Source: Nemertoderma westbladi | Taxonomy: Eukaryota; Animalia; Xenacoelomorpha | Direction of reading: 5' to 3' | Assembly (NCBI GenBank): GCA_032718475.1 | Contig: JAUCBJ010008720.1 | Span: 1 to 64,000 of the forward strand | DNA length: 64,000 bases | In this document: positions 26,452-38,608 of the stretch, in pieces | Layout: every line of letters starts with the position of its first letter | Position numbering within the stretch: the first letter of the stretch is position 1 | The notes under the pieces: generated by a model | What the model was told of the DNA's origin: nothing | The model's database searches: none | What the model saw: the letters and a program-made list of their open reading frames with translations, nothing else | Made by a program: the position numbers and the translations under genes

Positions 26452-27289
26452 TAGTTTGGCTTTCGACTTAGACTTGGAAACTTTCTCCACTTTGACCTCT
26501 GCATCTATCGGCATTGGATTGGTAACGATCTTCAGTCGCTTTGGCCAATGTTCCTGTGTCCTCGTTAGAAAATCCGGTCCATGTAACCAAAACTCCTGGG
26601 ATTCTTCTTGACAGAATTCCGCCGGCATAGCACCTCTCAAAGTTATTTCGGCCGGGTTTAACACTGCCGGACAATGTCTCCATTGTTCCTTCGTCGAAAA
26701 GTCGACGATCTGGGCGTGTCTATTGGCTACAAATGTCTTTAGTGCAATATTGTCAGCTGCAATATACACTAGCACTAAGGATGCGTCCGTCCAATAGAAT
26801 AATGTCAAGGTCGTGTCTAACTCCTCTATTATCTGCTTACTTACCTCGACCGACACTACTGCCGCCTACAACTCTGCATGAGGGACCGTCATGTATTTGA
26901 CCGGCATTGTCTTTGATCTAGAAGTCACAAAGGCCGTCTCAAACTTGTCCTGACTCACCTCTCGGCGAAGGTAGGCTACCATACCAAAGCCGGTGTCACT
27001 TGCGTCACTAAATAAGTGCAGTTGTAGATCAGCTGGAAATACCAGCTGATTCGGAAAGTAGGAGTGGGGTACATCTATATTTTTCAATAGATGCAACTCG
27101 GCTTCCCACTCTCTCTACTGCTTTGCATGTATAGGGGATATCGGCTCGTCCCACTCTAAGTCGTACAGCCAGATTTTCCTCATACATATGCGAGCCTGTA
27201 ATATTATAGGACTGATAAAGTTCATCGGGTCAAATAGTCTACTCATGGCCGATAAGCAGATTCTCTTAGTCAAAGTCTTGTCTGGGCTA

Positions 27290-28136
27290 TAGATAGATAG
27301 ATTTATTTATACATTATGTAAAAACAATAACAAATACACCAAACAATGTACCGGTATAAAGGTATTGTCCAACATAACATATAGGATTACCCCTAAAGCT
27401 TTGCAGCTTATTTCCAAGGGGGTCCTTTATGTTACTTGGTTACAAATACAATATTACACTACGCTAACCTAAAACCAATATAAACGTAATTACACTATGT
27501 ACATGTACGTACAACTTTACCGAGAGCGTGACAATGTCCGACTCAACGATAAAGATGTAATGTACAGAACAATTTATTATAAAACATAATTACACTATAA
27601 ATAGTAAATAATTAATAAACTAATAACTTACTGTAGGACTATTGTACCTATTTTTACATTGCACACGGAGGTGAGATTTAACTGCAGATTTAAAAGAATG
27701 TTGATTATCTAGGTTTTTAATTTCATTAGGCAGAGCGTTCCAATTTTTAATGCCGTTAAAAAAGAAAGTATCAGATTCGAAGGATTTACAATTCGGGAGG
27801 TAGAAGTTTGAAGCACTAGCTCTGGTACTGTAAGAGTGTGAATCGCTTACTCTGTTAAATTTTTGTTTTAGGTAATTGGGACATTTACCATTATACACTT
27901 TATGCACATGGTTAAGGCGTAGCTGCTTAACTCTACTATCTAAGTTAAGTAGTCCAGATTCAAAAAAGTCAGTGCCTAGCTGGTGCCTAGGTTTGTAGTC
28001 TTTAATAAATCGTACTACTTTATTCTGAGCTACTTGTAATTTACATTTAAGCTGTTTGGTTAAGCCTTCATACCAAGAAGAGCATGCATAGTCCATGTGA
28101 CACTGTATAGCTGACACGATAGCACCATGTGACACT
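27290..28136 (-). mobile_element. CR1/L2-group (Crack-like) LINE 3' fragment inserted in pol of B
   Basis: Peptide IQCHMDYACSSWY...KLQVAQNKVVRF...WNALPNEIK. (TAAA/TCTA)n tail at 27290-27310. GGCTA is duplicated at 27285-27289 and 28137-28141, and removing the insert restores colinearity with copy A. Confidence 0.9.
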
Positions 28137-31100
28137 GGCTACTGGATTCAAACCTAACTCTCACCTGGAATTTATCCGTATTTGGATTCCAACCAAGTCC
28201 CAGTACTCGCGCCATGGGGATGGGTTCTATACCCAATTCAATGTCTCCGCTCCCACGATCCTTCACTGGGAATGACTCTAATAAAGCCTCTGAATTAGTG
28301 GTGAACTTGGTCAGTGGAAAACCTCCCGTAGCCAAGCACTCCTGTAGGCAGTGAGCCACTTCTATGGCTTGTTCCGCTGTGTCCTTGGACACCAATCCGT
28401 CGTCCATGTAGAAGTTCCTCAAAATAGACTCGATTACGTCAACTGGATAATTTCCAATCGGGGCCGTCGCTGTTTTCTTTAAGACAAACAGCGTGCCATT
28501 GGGACTGTTGCGGGCGCCGAATATCCTGACGTACATCTGGTATGTAACCACTAGGCTGGATAGGTCTTTATTCTCATACCAGAGAAATCGGAGACTATCC
28601 TGGTCAGCCTTGCAGGCTCTTACCTGGTGAAACATTGCCTCGATATCACAAGTAAACGCAAATTGGCACTGTCTAAAGTATAGCAGTATCCCTATTAGGT
28701 AATTGTTGAGATTAGGACCATCCATCAATTCTGAATTCAGGGACATTCATTGACCACTCCGACCTTATTCGGTTTGTCGGGGTGAGTCACATAGTGGTGT
28801 GGGATGAAATAAGTCTGATCCGTTACTAACTCGGGGTTCTCTACCTTCCCGGCAAATCCCTTTGTCAAATAGTTGTTAATTTGGGTGCAATACTTCTCCC
28901 TAACATCTTGATTCTTTAGCAACCGAGCCCTTACTCCGTTCAATCTTTTCACAGCCAGGTTGTAATTGTTCTCCAACTTAGGGGATTGTCGACGCCACAA
29001 CATTCCAACTTCAAAGTGTCCTGTTGGTAACAGGCGTATGGTTTCTTCCATCATTTTTAGAGACCGCTTCTCATCAGTGGACATGGTTAAGTCATAACGA
29101 CCGGGTTCCATTGCGTCCCTATCCAGCCATTCGACGGTTCTAGCTCCTGTCTCGAGGTCCTGGTGTATCAATTCCTTTTGTAACTCCTCTTCACTGAATT
29201 GGAAAATGTCGAGGTCTCGATATTTCGCCACCTGACCCTCCACTATATTGGTATAAGTCAAAACGTTACTCAAATAAGTGGCGTGGGCCACTGAACCAGA
29301 CCCACGGGTCTGATAACAGTAGTCCTCGGGTTCACTATCTGTCCGGTCGTTATAGAGTGGTTCCGACAATCTAACATTATCGGGAATCAACTCCTCGTCT
29401 GACTCGCTAAAGTTGCTATAGTGGTCAATACAGGTTCTCCTAAACTCGTCTATGTCTGGTGGTTCTACTAACGGTGGTTGTGTTATAGGTTGTAATTCGT
29501 CGTGTCCATCCTTTGGCTTGTCGCCACCTGAAAACACATAGGACATGGGTACTCGTGTATACCAACCTAATATAGTCCTATGGGCATATGGCCCATTTAC
29601 ATACGGCTCAGCTGGTCTTGTTTCCCATATTTGGTGTGCAATCAGCTGTTCCTCTCCAATTAACATAGACACATTCCTATAACCTACCTGGTGTCTCGGT
29701 ATTCTGAGCTTGTCAAAATACTATTGTGCTATGGGACTCATCGGTAGCACCTTACCTAACTGCCTGCCAAACCCTTTCATAGCTAAACACTTAAATCCGT
29801 CCAATGGCAACGCTCTCCGCTCTTGGCGAGTGTGCTCATCTCTCGGGAGTAGGGAGTCTAGTTCTACAGAAATTTTATGTCCCTTAACGTCTCCTACCCC
29901 ATGCATAGATTTTAACTCTATTTTGATTTCCTCGACGTCCCGGAAGCTAGAAACGGCTCTCGCTACTTCTTCATCTATATAGGATAATGTGGACGCAGTG
30001 TCCAACATCACATATATTCTCTTCGACCCTTTGTCTCCTGTAAGTTTCACCGGTATCACGCTGAATATTTCTGATGTGTCCGATGACAGATACGTCTGCG
30101 CGCTGGTCGATGAGCCATCGGTGGTGAATCCCTGGCAGGTCACCTCCCTCGAGCTCGCTTCACCATCCTCGTCAGACGAATCTGGTTGATACCCATTGTC
30201 TTGGATGCCGGTGTACGTATTCTTCCTTATCGATACGGGATCTCTACTTCCCTTCCTTTGAGGATTCCTCTGTAAATAATGGTCCGTTGGGGTATGGAAG
30301 TCTGAATGTAGCAACTTGTGGTGTAGTCTGCCGCACTCGATGCATCCGTGCTTACTGTTCGGGCACTGGCGCCGTACGTGACCTAGAGCAAGACATGCCC
30401 AACAGGTATCCAATGTCCGCACTTGAACTCTTCTCTGTTCCAAAGTTAATTCTTTGAACCATCTGCAATTGTCTAACTTATGGTCGTCTGATCTTACCTC
30501 TTTTAGTAGGCAGAATTGGCAACCTACAAATCCATCCGGCAACTCCTGTTGCTTCACCTTAGGTCGATCTGACCTCTCACCTGACCATTCTCGCGAGTCT
30601 GGTCTAAAGGCAGTGGTACTCGGATAGTATTTGTCTACTGAGTTAAACGTCACAGTGGTTCTGTCCTCATCAAAACTTACCATTGACTTACCGGTAACAG
30701 ATTTAGACTCCCTCATATTTTCTTCTGAGAAATTTGACTTCATCTCTGCTACCGCATCTGTAGCTATCATGTCAAGGATATGTTGAAGCGTCAATACCTT
30801 GTCTTGACCATCCACTTTATTTTCAAATTTTCGCAATTTCTGTTGGTAATGCATGTTTAAACGTCTTATTATGCTCTTTAAAACTTCGGCGTGATCGCCA
30901 TGGTGAGGCAGATTTACTGTCCTTTAGCTATCTAATGCGTTCGAAATGGCATTCATTAAGTTCAACCGCTCCAACGGAGTCGTAATCCTTCCGCCCTTAC
31001 CCAAGTTTTCTACTATCGACTGTGCCATCTTGGTTTTATTCCCGTAGATGTCGCTAAGTGTCTTCATAGCTAGTTCAAACGCTCTTTCATTGCTGACAAA

Positions 31101-34100
31101 GCTATCAGCAATGGCTCTCGGTTCTCGATGGAGCATCTATAGTAGATAGTTGAATTTCTCGTTGGGAGTAAAAGTGCTGTTGGTTAGTTGTTTGTCGACA
31201 TAGGTTTTAAACGTCCTCCAATGTTTATGGTTGCCCATAAACTTCTGGGGTTGTTGCGTCGGCAATCCTTGCCTAGCGGCAAACTTACCTATGTCTCTAA
31301 GAGTGGCGTCATTCCGGGTTAATAAGTTGTTTAGTTCTGCAGGATTGTTAAGTCTGGTCCTTTCCCGGGGATTCATACTTACCTGCTCCGCGTTGGTCCT
31401 TCTTTCCTTCCGGTTTTGGGACTTCTGACGTCTCAATTCTTCCTCTTCATCGCTCGAGTCTGTGTCGGTTCTCGGCGCTCGCGTTGGTTTATGCGCCGAG
31501 GCCCTGACCCAGGCCTCTTGTATAAATCTTTCCGCCGAATGTTCGAAATTGGGATTGTGAATCGTAGGGACGGGCATTCTTACCTGAGGTCTTTGTGGTA
31601 TTGTTGCCTCCGATATGCGTACTCGTTGGCCAGGTTGAACTCTATCTAGTTCTGGCCTGCTAGGATTCTAGACTTCTTACCTGGGCTGCTTCCTTGACTG
31701 TAAGTTAATAAGCATGTCCATTATAGGTTGGATGTGCGGTGATGTAGTTTGCGCTAGACTGGCGCTTAACTCCTCCCTCGTAATAAATTCCTGGCTGGGG
31801 TTCCGTTGAGCCGCCGGCTCTATTTGGGTAATCCGCTGTCTCTCATATGATCCTTCTTCCGGTTTAACCCGGAAGTTCTCCGTCGAACTGGGTCGGCGAT
31901 TCATCCACGTATTCCAAACCCACAGGTTTGATTCGCCCAATACTCATCCTCTAGGAGTTTCTTCTATAAACTCCTCTTCGTCCCAATAATAGTTTCATAG
32001 CGGCGCACCCCCTCCTGATGGCGTGAATGCTGCGCGATTGGTGAAGCATTAATTCCAACTGGCGTGCGATATGCAGAAAATTGTTTAGCGATCCGAGTAC
32101 TCATAATAGTTGGACCGGGTATAGGAATTCTGGTCGCCGTTGATTCACGTATAGCCGGAGTTCTGCCTCCTGTTCGGCCTTCTGCTGTGCGAACAGGTCT
32201 CGCAACTCGGTACCTACACTCGCCCCACATTCTTCGATCATTCGCATCCCATTTTCGGCAATTTCATTCGCCCTTCTTATTGTCCTTCGCTTTCTAAGTT
32301 TAGTCTTGCACTCTCTAATTGCACCAGTTCATGTTGTTCTTCTTCCCTTGCGAGTCTCGCTGCGCTTTCTTCTTCTAGTCGTGCCTTTTCTTCGTATAAT
32401 GCGCGTCGCTCTTTCTCGACCTCGAGTTCGCATTCCTTGCGCTCGCGTTCGAGTTGGAGTTCGCGTTTCTTCTGTTCGCGTTCCTTCCGTTCGCGTTAGC
32501 GCTCAAGTTGGAGTTCGTGTTCTTCCTGTTCGCGTTAGGCTTGCTCACACTTACTTATGTCCTCCAACTCGCACAGCTTTGCATCTAACTTCCGGTTGCG
32601 CTCCCTTTCTCGTTTGGCTTCCTTCTGTGCCTCCACAGCGCACAAGACCTCTGCCTGTTGTTCATCTAGTTGTCGTCTTCTATCCTCTGCCGAGTTGTGA
32701 GAGACTAGGGATCTGGCACATATAGCCTTTCCTCGCGCGTGACTAACCTGAGAGTCTCCACTGTTTCTGGATGCGTCCTCTGTTCCTCTGACATCCTCTG
32801 TTGGATATTCTCCATCGTCGGTAACACCTGACCCGGTACTACTACTCCACTCTGCATCAACCAATTGGTGACTTCCCTCTGGTACCTTCGTTCCTCTTTG
32901 TCTTGAGTCTCTTCCCACTCCACTAAGTTCCTTAGCTCCGCGTCACTTACCTGAGTCGCCTGCGCTTGCGACGCCCATAGCAACCAGTTTTCTGTCCTAA
33001 CTCGTCGGAATCGCTCCGATAACATGCGGTGCTCCAACAAGGTTGCTAAAGACTTGTTGTAAACCTTCGTCGCTACGTCACTCAACTGAGACTCCACTGC
33101 TCTCTTTGCTAGGACTGCAAGCTCCTTGGTCTGCCTAAATAATGCTGAGTTATATCCCTTTCTGAGTTCTACTAACACTTCCCTTCCGATGTTACCGGAG
33201 TCGGCTAGCATCTTCCTTACCTTGTCCGTTGTCCGGGTTATATGTCCGGCATGTGCGCGAAGTTTCTTTTTTATCGCGATGTCCAGTTCTCTCTCGCTTA
33301 CCTGGCTCACACTCGGACTTGAGGGATTATTACGGGAACTATGGGTACTCCTTACAGCCGCTGGGACCACGGCACTTACCATACCCACAGGTCTGGAAAC
33401 CAGGCTCCAGGCTCTCGCTCCTACTAAACTACCTTCCCTCTCACTCACCTCTGGCCGGGCTGCTGTGCAATCCTTCCTTACAGTAGCGGTAGGTGATCTT
33501 AATAATATTACCTCACCTTGCTCTTCCTCACTGGTCACTGTCTCGTCCTCCTGTTCACTTACGTCAGCGTCACTCGCTGCGTCGTCATAGTCGGCATTGT
33601 CATCAACAGTTATGTCAACATTGTTATCAGTCGGCGGTCCGGCCGCCGTCTCATAACTGTCATCTAGTGCCTCCCTCTCTGAGACACTCATTGTACAAAG
33701 TATATATTTGTTTGCCTTCCGGCTAAAATCTCGCAAAAATTCGAGATATATTAATTTAATCGAAAATACGATTAAATTATTTACCAAATAAATTATTTGG
33801 CCTCAAATGTCAAAATACGAAAAATAAATTTGCAATATAGTATTGTGAATTTAATTGTATATATAGTTATAGTAATTACCGGTATAATATTTAAACGATA
33901 ATATTGCTCTATAGCTATTATACAGCATTTAAATACCGGTATGACACAAAAATATTTTCTGAATCTAATTCAAAAAATTCAAAATGATTTTGTCACCCAA
34001 AATATTTCTAACTATATATAGCTCAAATCAACGTAATCTAATTTTTCAATATTATATATATATCCACTAGCGCGTGGCTACCACTTTAGGTTGCGACACT

Positions 34101-35899
34101 CTCTCTCTTTCTCCCAACTGAGCGATCCAAAACACCATGGCCAGCTAAACCTAACTATCCTAACTAATAAATTGAGTTAAGTTTCGCAGTTAAATGACCG
34201 ATAATTTATTACATCTTCCACAAATACAATGGTACCAACAGAACAACTAACCTTGTTTGCTGTGAGATTCCACATCCGCGTCCTAGGTTTCAGTCTTGTC
34301 GCTGATTGCAAACCGAACCCATTGGCCCACACAAACCCCAAACTCAGAAGCTCTGTCTCGCCATGTATCTCCAGATGGTATAAAATAACTAAGCGGTTAT
34401 CCAACATACCAGTACAAAACTCTAAATTTTATTATATATAAATTTTGGCCAAAACTGAATTCTCACAAACCTAGCTAAAATTTTCAAAAACTTACTAATT
34501 TACAACAACCCTAATGGCCCAATAAATTGCTGTATTTCTGCGATTAGTGAACAAAACACTCTTTACTGTTGAAAGCAACGGCAAAATAAAAGTGTGTCTT
34601 ACTGTTGAACGATACCGCAAACAGCAACTAGGTCTTACTGTTAAGCAGCGCACCAGGCCGTCCGCTAATATTTTACTAGTATTTACTATACAGCTCTGCT
34701 AAATCGCTTGTTCCTTTCTCTGTTGATCGCTCAACAGAGAGCTAACTGTTCGAATCTATGAACCACGCGGGAATAACCAAAACAATAAACCCGAATCGGC
34801 TCCCTAAGCTACTTATAACGAGTGCGGGTGGTCTGACACTCGGCGTTCACTTATCGCAAAATACTGGAATTCACTGGGTAGAATTGTTGAATGTGAGAAC
34901 GTTTAATAATTTACAGAGAACAGATCTATTACTTTATTTTGTCTAAACTTGGCCTTTGGCTGGTTTTAGACCAGCAAACTTACTACTGTATACTGGATGC
35001 TGCTATCAGCCTGTTGCCCTGCTATATTCAAATATCCACCTAGCGTGAATAGTCTACAGTATTCTAAAGCAATTACTTAAACTACTCTCCGCTATGCTGC
35101 GTACAAATTCTTATTTTATTTTAATACCACTAAATTAATTACAGTCATAAATACGAATTTGTGTACTAATTACTAGATGTTCCAGAATACATACTTCTAA
35201 TTTATTACGTACTGGGTTGTACTAGCAACAGCCTAAATACTGTATTAATTGGACCTAATCAGCAATCAATAAAGCATAAACTACGAAATAGAAATAAATC
35301 AAGGAAACGGCGCCTATCTAAGTAAGCATTCACAATTAAGAATCAGGCACTCTTTAGCAACACAACACAAATAGCGTAACAATAAACTAGTAGTACGGTA
35401 CTGCGCTAACTACCAGTCAGCTAGTGCACTAAAACCCGCACATTAGCGTATCAGCATACCAGTATGTCAATTGGTCAGTGTAAGAAACAAAAGACACCCC
35501 AGGCTACATATAGGCTTCCTATCTAAACCCAAGTTCTGCCCCCTAACACTACAAGGTAGAGACAAAATCTGGATCGTCAGCCCCCTAATACTGTACTAGC
35601 GGCTGGTCTCTTGTCCTCACTGACTAGCCCCGACCGCAATGGTGGCCCCCGCCTTGGATCCTATGCACTCCCTTCCGTCGCTTCCCCCCGGTGCGCCCGC
35701 CGCGCCTACCGGTACTTTAGCCCTCCATGCTAGAACAAATAGCTACTGTATTGGCGCATGCTTTCACAAAACAGTCTGACAGTCTAAAGAGAAATCCCGT
35801 AGGATTATCGCATCTCAATTACATAGAAATCAGGAATTAAATGTAGAAATCATAGTTCGAGATTGTAATTAGAAGTAATCATTATCAAATTATTATAAT

Positions 35900-36953
35900 A
35901 TGTGCGCACATATGTGAGATAGTGAGGACCCGACAGGAGTGCGAAACTGAGAGTGGAAAGGGGTCGAGTAATTGGAGTACTATGATATAATATAAGGATT
36001 TGAGGAGTGATGGAGGGCGCGAATTGCGAAAATGTGGGAGTGAGCCGGGTGGAGGATGAGTCCTATGGGACTAATGAGGTGAGGAGGAAGTGATGGCATT
36101 GGACAACAGTATCCAAGTTAAAATTGAGTGAGGTTGAGGGGCAATCATCTAAATATAGACGGCACATGCCTTGGTAGAACTTAGCTCACAGGTGTACCAA
36201 GGATGGGTAGTGAGAACAGACCCAGTGGGACCTGAGTGGAAGACTGGCCCCAGAGAAGATATTTCCACCCCACATCCAATATTAGATTGGATTCCAGCGG
36301 AATGGAGTGCACTTATTGGTTGATGTTATCTTCTCACCGGGAAGATAGCATGTGTGTTAGCGGATCCATACCACTGCACGCCATCTACCGGGAGAATGGG
36401 GAATAGGGTGATTTAGGAATCACAACTAGGTATCCAATATAATATTGCATACCGAGGGATATGAGGTGAGGCGATGCGAGCCAGGAGATGGTTAATAACA
36501 CATCTCAGGGAAGAAGCAAGCATAGGGCCGAGAGAACATGGGGTGACAGCAGGGGGGGAAACCCAACCAATGGGAGGCCTGCACTTGGCAGAAATAACGT
36601 GTATCTATTGGTTAGTCACGACGTATGTAGAAGTGTGTAATAAGTTTCCATACAATTTACATATATATGTTACATACATATATGTTATATACATACATAT
36701 GGTTTTTGACTGTTGTCATTGTCTGTAGTACTTTGATGGGCTGCAATTCACCAACTTGTACTTATATACATATCAGCTATTATTAACAACAATAATGCAA
36801 TAAGTATTTTAACTCTGATGTTCTGTTATTTATACCAGCCTACAACCTTTCAACCTCGACAGTGGTGATGCGTGCTATAGGTGTTGTCGTATACTTGTCG
36901 TGGTGACAATGATTTATCCGGTCGGGATCCTCGCCAACTCAGATCCCATCACA
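35900..36953 (+). mobile_element. 3' remnant (3' UTR + LTR 36355-36953) of a BEL element related to C (C2)
   Basis: 35900-36352 aligns with 49595-50056. The LTR starts TGTTAGCGGATCC and ends GTCGGGATC...GATCCCATCACA like the C LTRs. The G-rich PPT is missing. Confidence 0.8.
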
Positions 36954-37604
36954 AGGAAGGATCCATCATGAATGTTGGGCGGATCCATCATGGATGTTGG
37001 AAGGATCCATCATGGATGTTGGACGGATCCATGTTGGGTGTCCTTAATTCTCATAGGTGTTTGTTTGTTTGTACACACAAATTCTGCCACTTAATGTTGA
37101 TGGAGGATGAAACTTTGATGATAGGTTCATTTTTGGACCTTGTTGTGTATCCAAGGTTTTGGTTGCTAGAGACCTGTTGGTTGTCTAGCAACAGTGATAT
37201 TAATTCTAGAATGACCGATCATAATCGTAGAATTCACTCAATGAAAATTTTGTTGACACCCCATATAGAGCATCTATTGGACATGCTTTCTGCAAAATTT
37301 CGCATTATTTCGTTTAGAAATGTAGGAGAAGATACATTTCTTACAAACAGTGTTTTTTAACATACAATATATACTATGCTATATCATCACACTAGCTAGT
37401 AATTGTATGTATTGTACAGACGGTACTTTGTCCGTGACTTTGTCCAGACGGTACCTTGTACTATGTTTCGTTTTGCGTTTTTCGTTATTAGGCTGCCCTG
37501 CATAGGCGCGTAATTTATTAGAACAATATTGACAGCAATGGATCCATCCATGCCAGCTCGCTGGCAAGCTTATTCTTTAACATGTGCACGAATATAACCA
37601 TTAA

Positions 37605-37896
37605 CCCTATTAAACCCGGTTGGTTTATTAAACCCCCGTGGTTTATTTTGTTATAACTCTGAAGCAAATGTATCTGGGAATCTGAAATTTTATGACTTTT
37701 CCTAAAAGTATATTGTCTTCCTAATGGTGAAAACCGTTTTCAAATATATTGGGAAGTTTTAGAGTTATAGCAACATTTTTTAACCCTATTATTGGCACTA
37801 TTTTAGAGACATTATTTGAAAATTACATTTCATGTCAAAATATGATTTGTAACATCTCTATTTTCGATCTCTATCATCGCTTTTTTCGTAAATTGA
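37605..37896 (+). mobile_element. piggyBac-type (TTAA-CCCT) MITE left part
   Basis: Starts TTAA|CCCTATTAAACCC and is colinear with 63465-63770. Interrupted by BEL element C. Confidence 0.7.
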
Positions 37897-37901
37897 TTGA
37901 A

Positions 37902-38550
37902 TGTAAGCGGATTCAATTCCCTACACAACGCAGCGAAAATGGGACCAGTGGCATTTTACCAATATAGTTGGCGATGCGAGATTACCAATAATAATCTCAC
38001 CTCATAACCAACTCGGGGGGGGGGGGCACCCGCCCCAAGCCACAGAGAGAGGTGAGAGGTCAAACCACCTCAGAGGGACAACCCAGCTAAGGAGGCTAGC
38101 ACCAGGGGATAACACCTACAGGGAGTGGCGAAGTGACAATTAGTATATAAGCCAATAGCGGGCAGAAAAGCACGTGGGAAGGACAGGAGGGCATCCATTG
38201 GGTACCAAAGGCCACAGTAGTGTAGAGCTCAAACCAATATGTATCATTCATATAGTTACTCTGATTACTGATTTACCGGTCAGTTGATTATCACATAGTT
38301 GCGGACCGGCATAGTTTTGACCGTCATTTCATATGGTAATTTATATTACTATACTGTTGCTGTCATCATTCTGTATTACAATCTATATTGTTATTTCATA
38401 TACGACTGTGCTATTATCACTGGAGTTATTAATACTGAGAAACAAACTCTATTATTTTCCGCAACGGCCTTCGGCCAAAGATACTAGCCCAGCAGCCCAG
38501 CAGCACGTACAACCTTACCCAGTCGGGATCTGAGAGTCGATCCTGTCACA
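37902..38550 (+). repeat. 5' LTR of element C
   Basis: Direct repeat of 50066-50708/55269-55285. TATATAA box at ~38144. Followed by GTCAAAAC (PBS-like). Confidence 0.93.
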
Positions 38551-38608
38551 GTCAAAACTACCAACAGTAAACTGCTGTGACCACAACCCACCACAGAGAC
38601 CAAGATGA

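Larger units (their letters stand above)
24588..35900 (-). mobile_element. BEL/Pao LTR retrotransposon copy B (complete but disabled gag-pol; both LTRs largely lost)
   Basis: Gag with three Cys/His knuckles (CQFC, CWAC..GH..C, CIEC..HH), MLDTAST protease, YMDD RT, FSDAS RNase H, HH-CC and FSDKGTNFVG/WERLVRS integrase. ~2-kb leader homologous to A. Only ~120 bp of 5' LTR remains. Confidence 0.95.

Noticed and set aside
32306-33726. Plus-strand ORFs overlapping gag of B (and similar antisense ORFs over pol, LINE and Penelope frames)
   Set aside because: These are antisense shadows of TE coding sequence with no recognisable motifs.
36881-37360. 159-aa ORF
   Set aside because: It spans the end of LTR C2 and a GGATCCATCATGGATGTT mini-repeat; chimeric and not SLC7-like.
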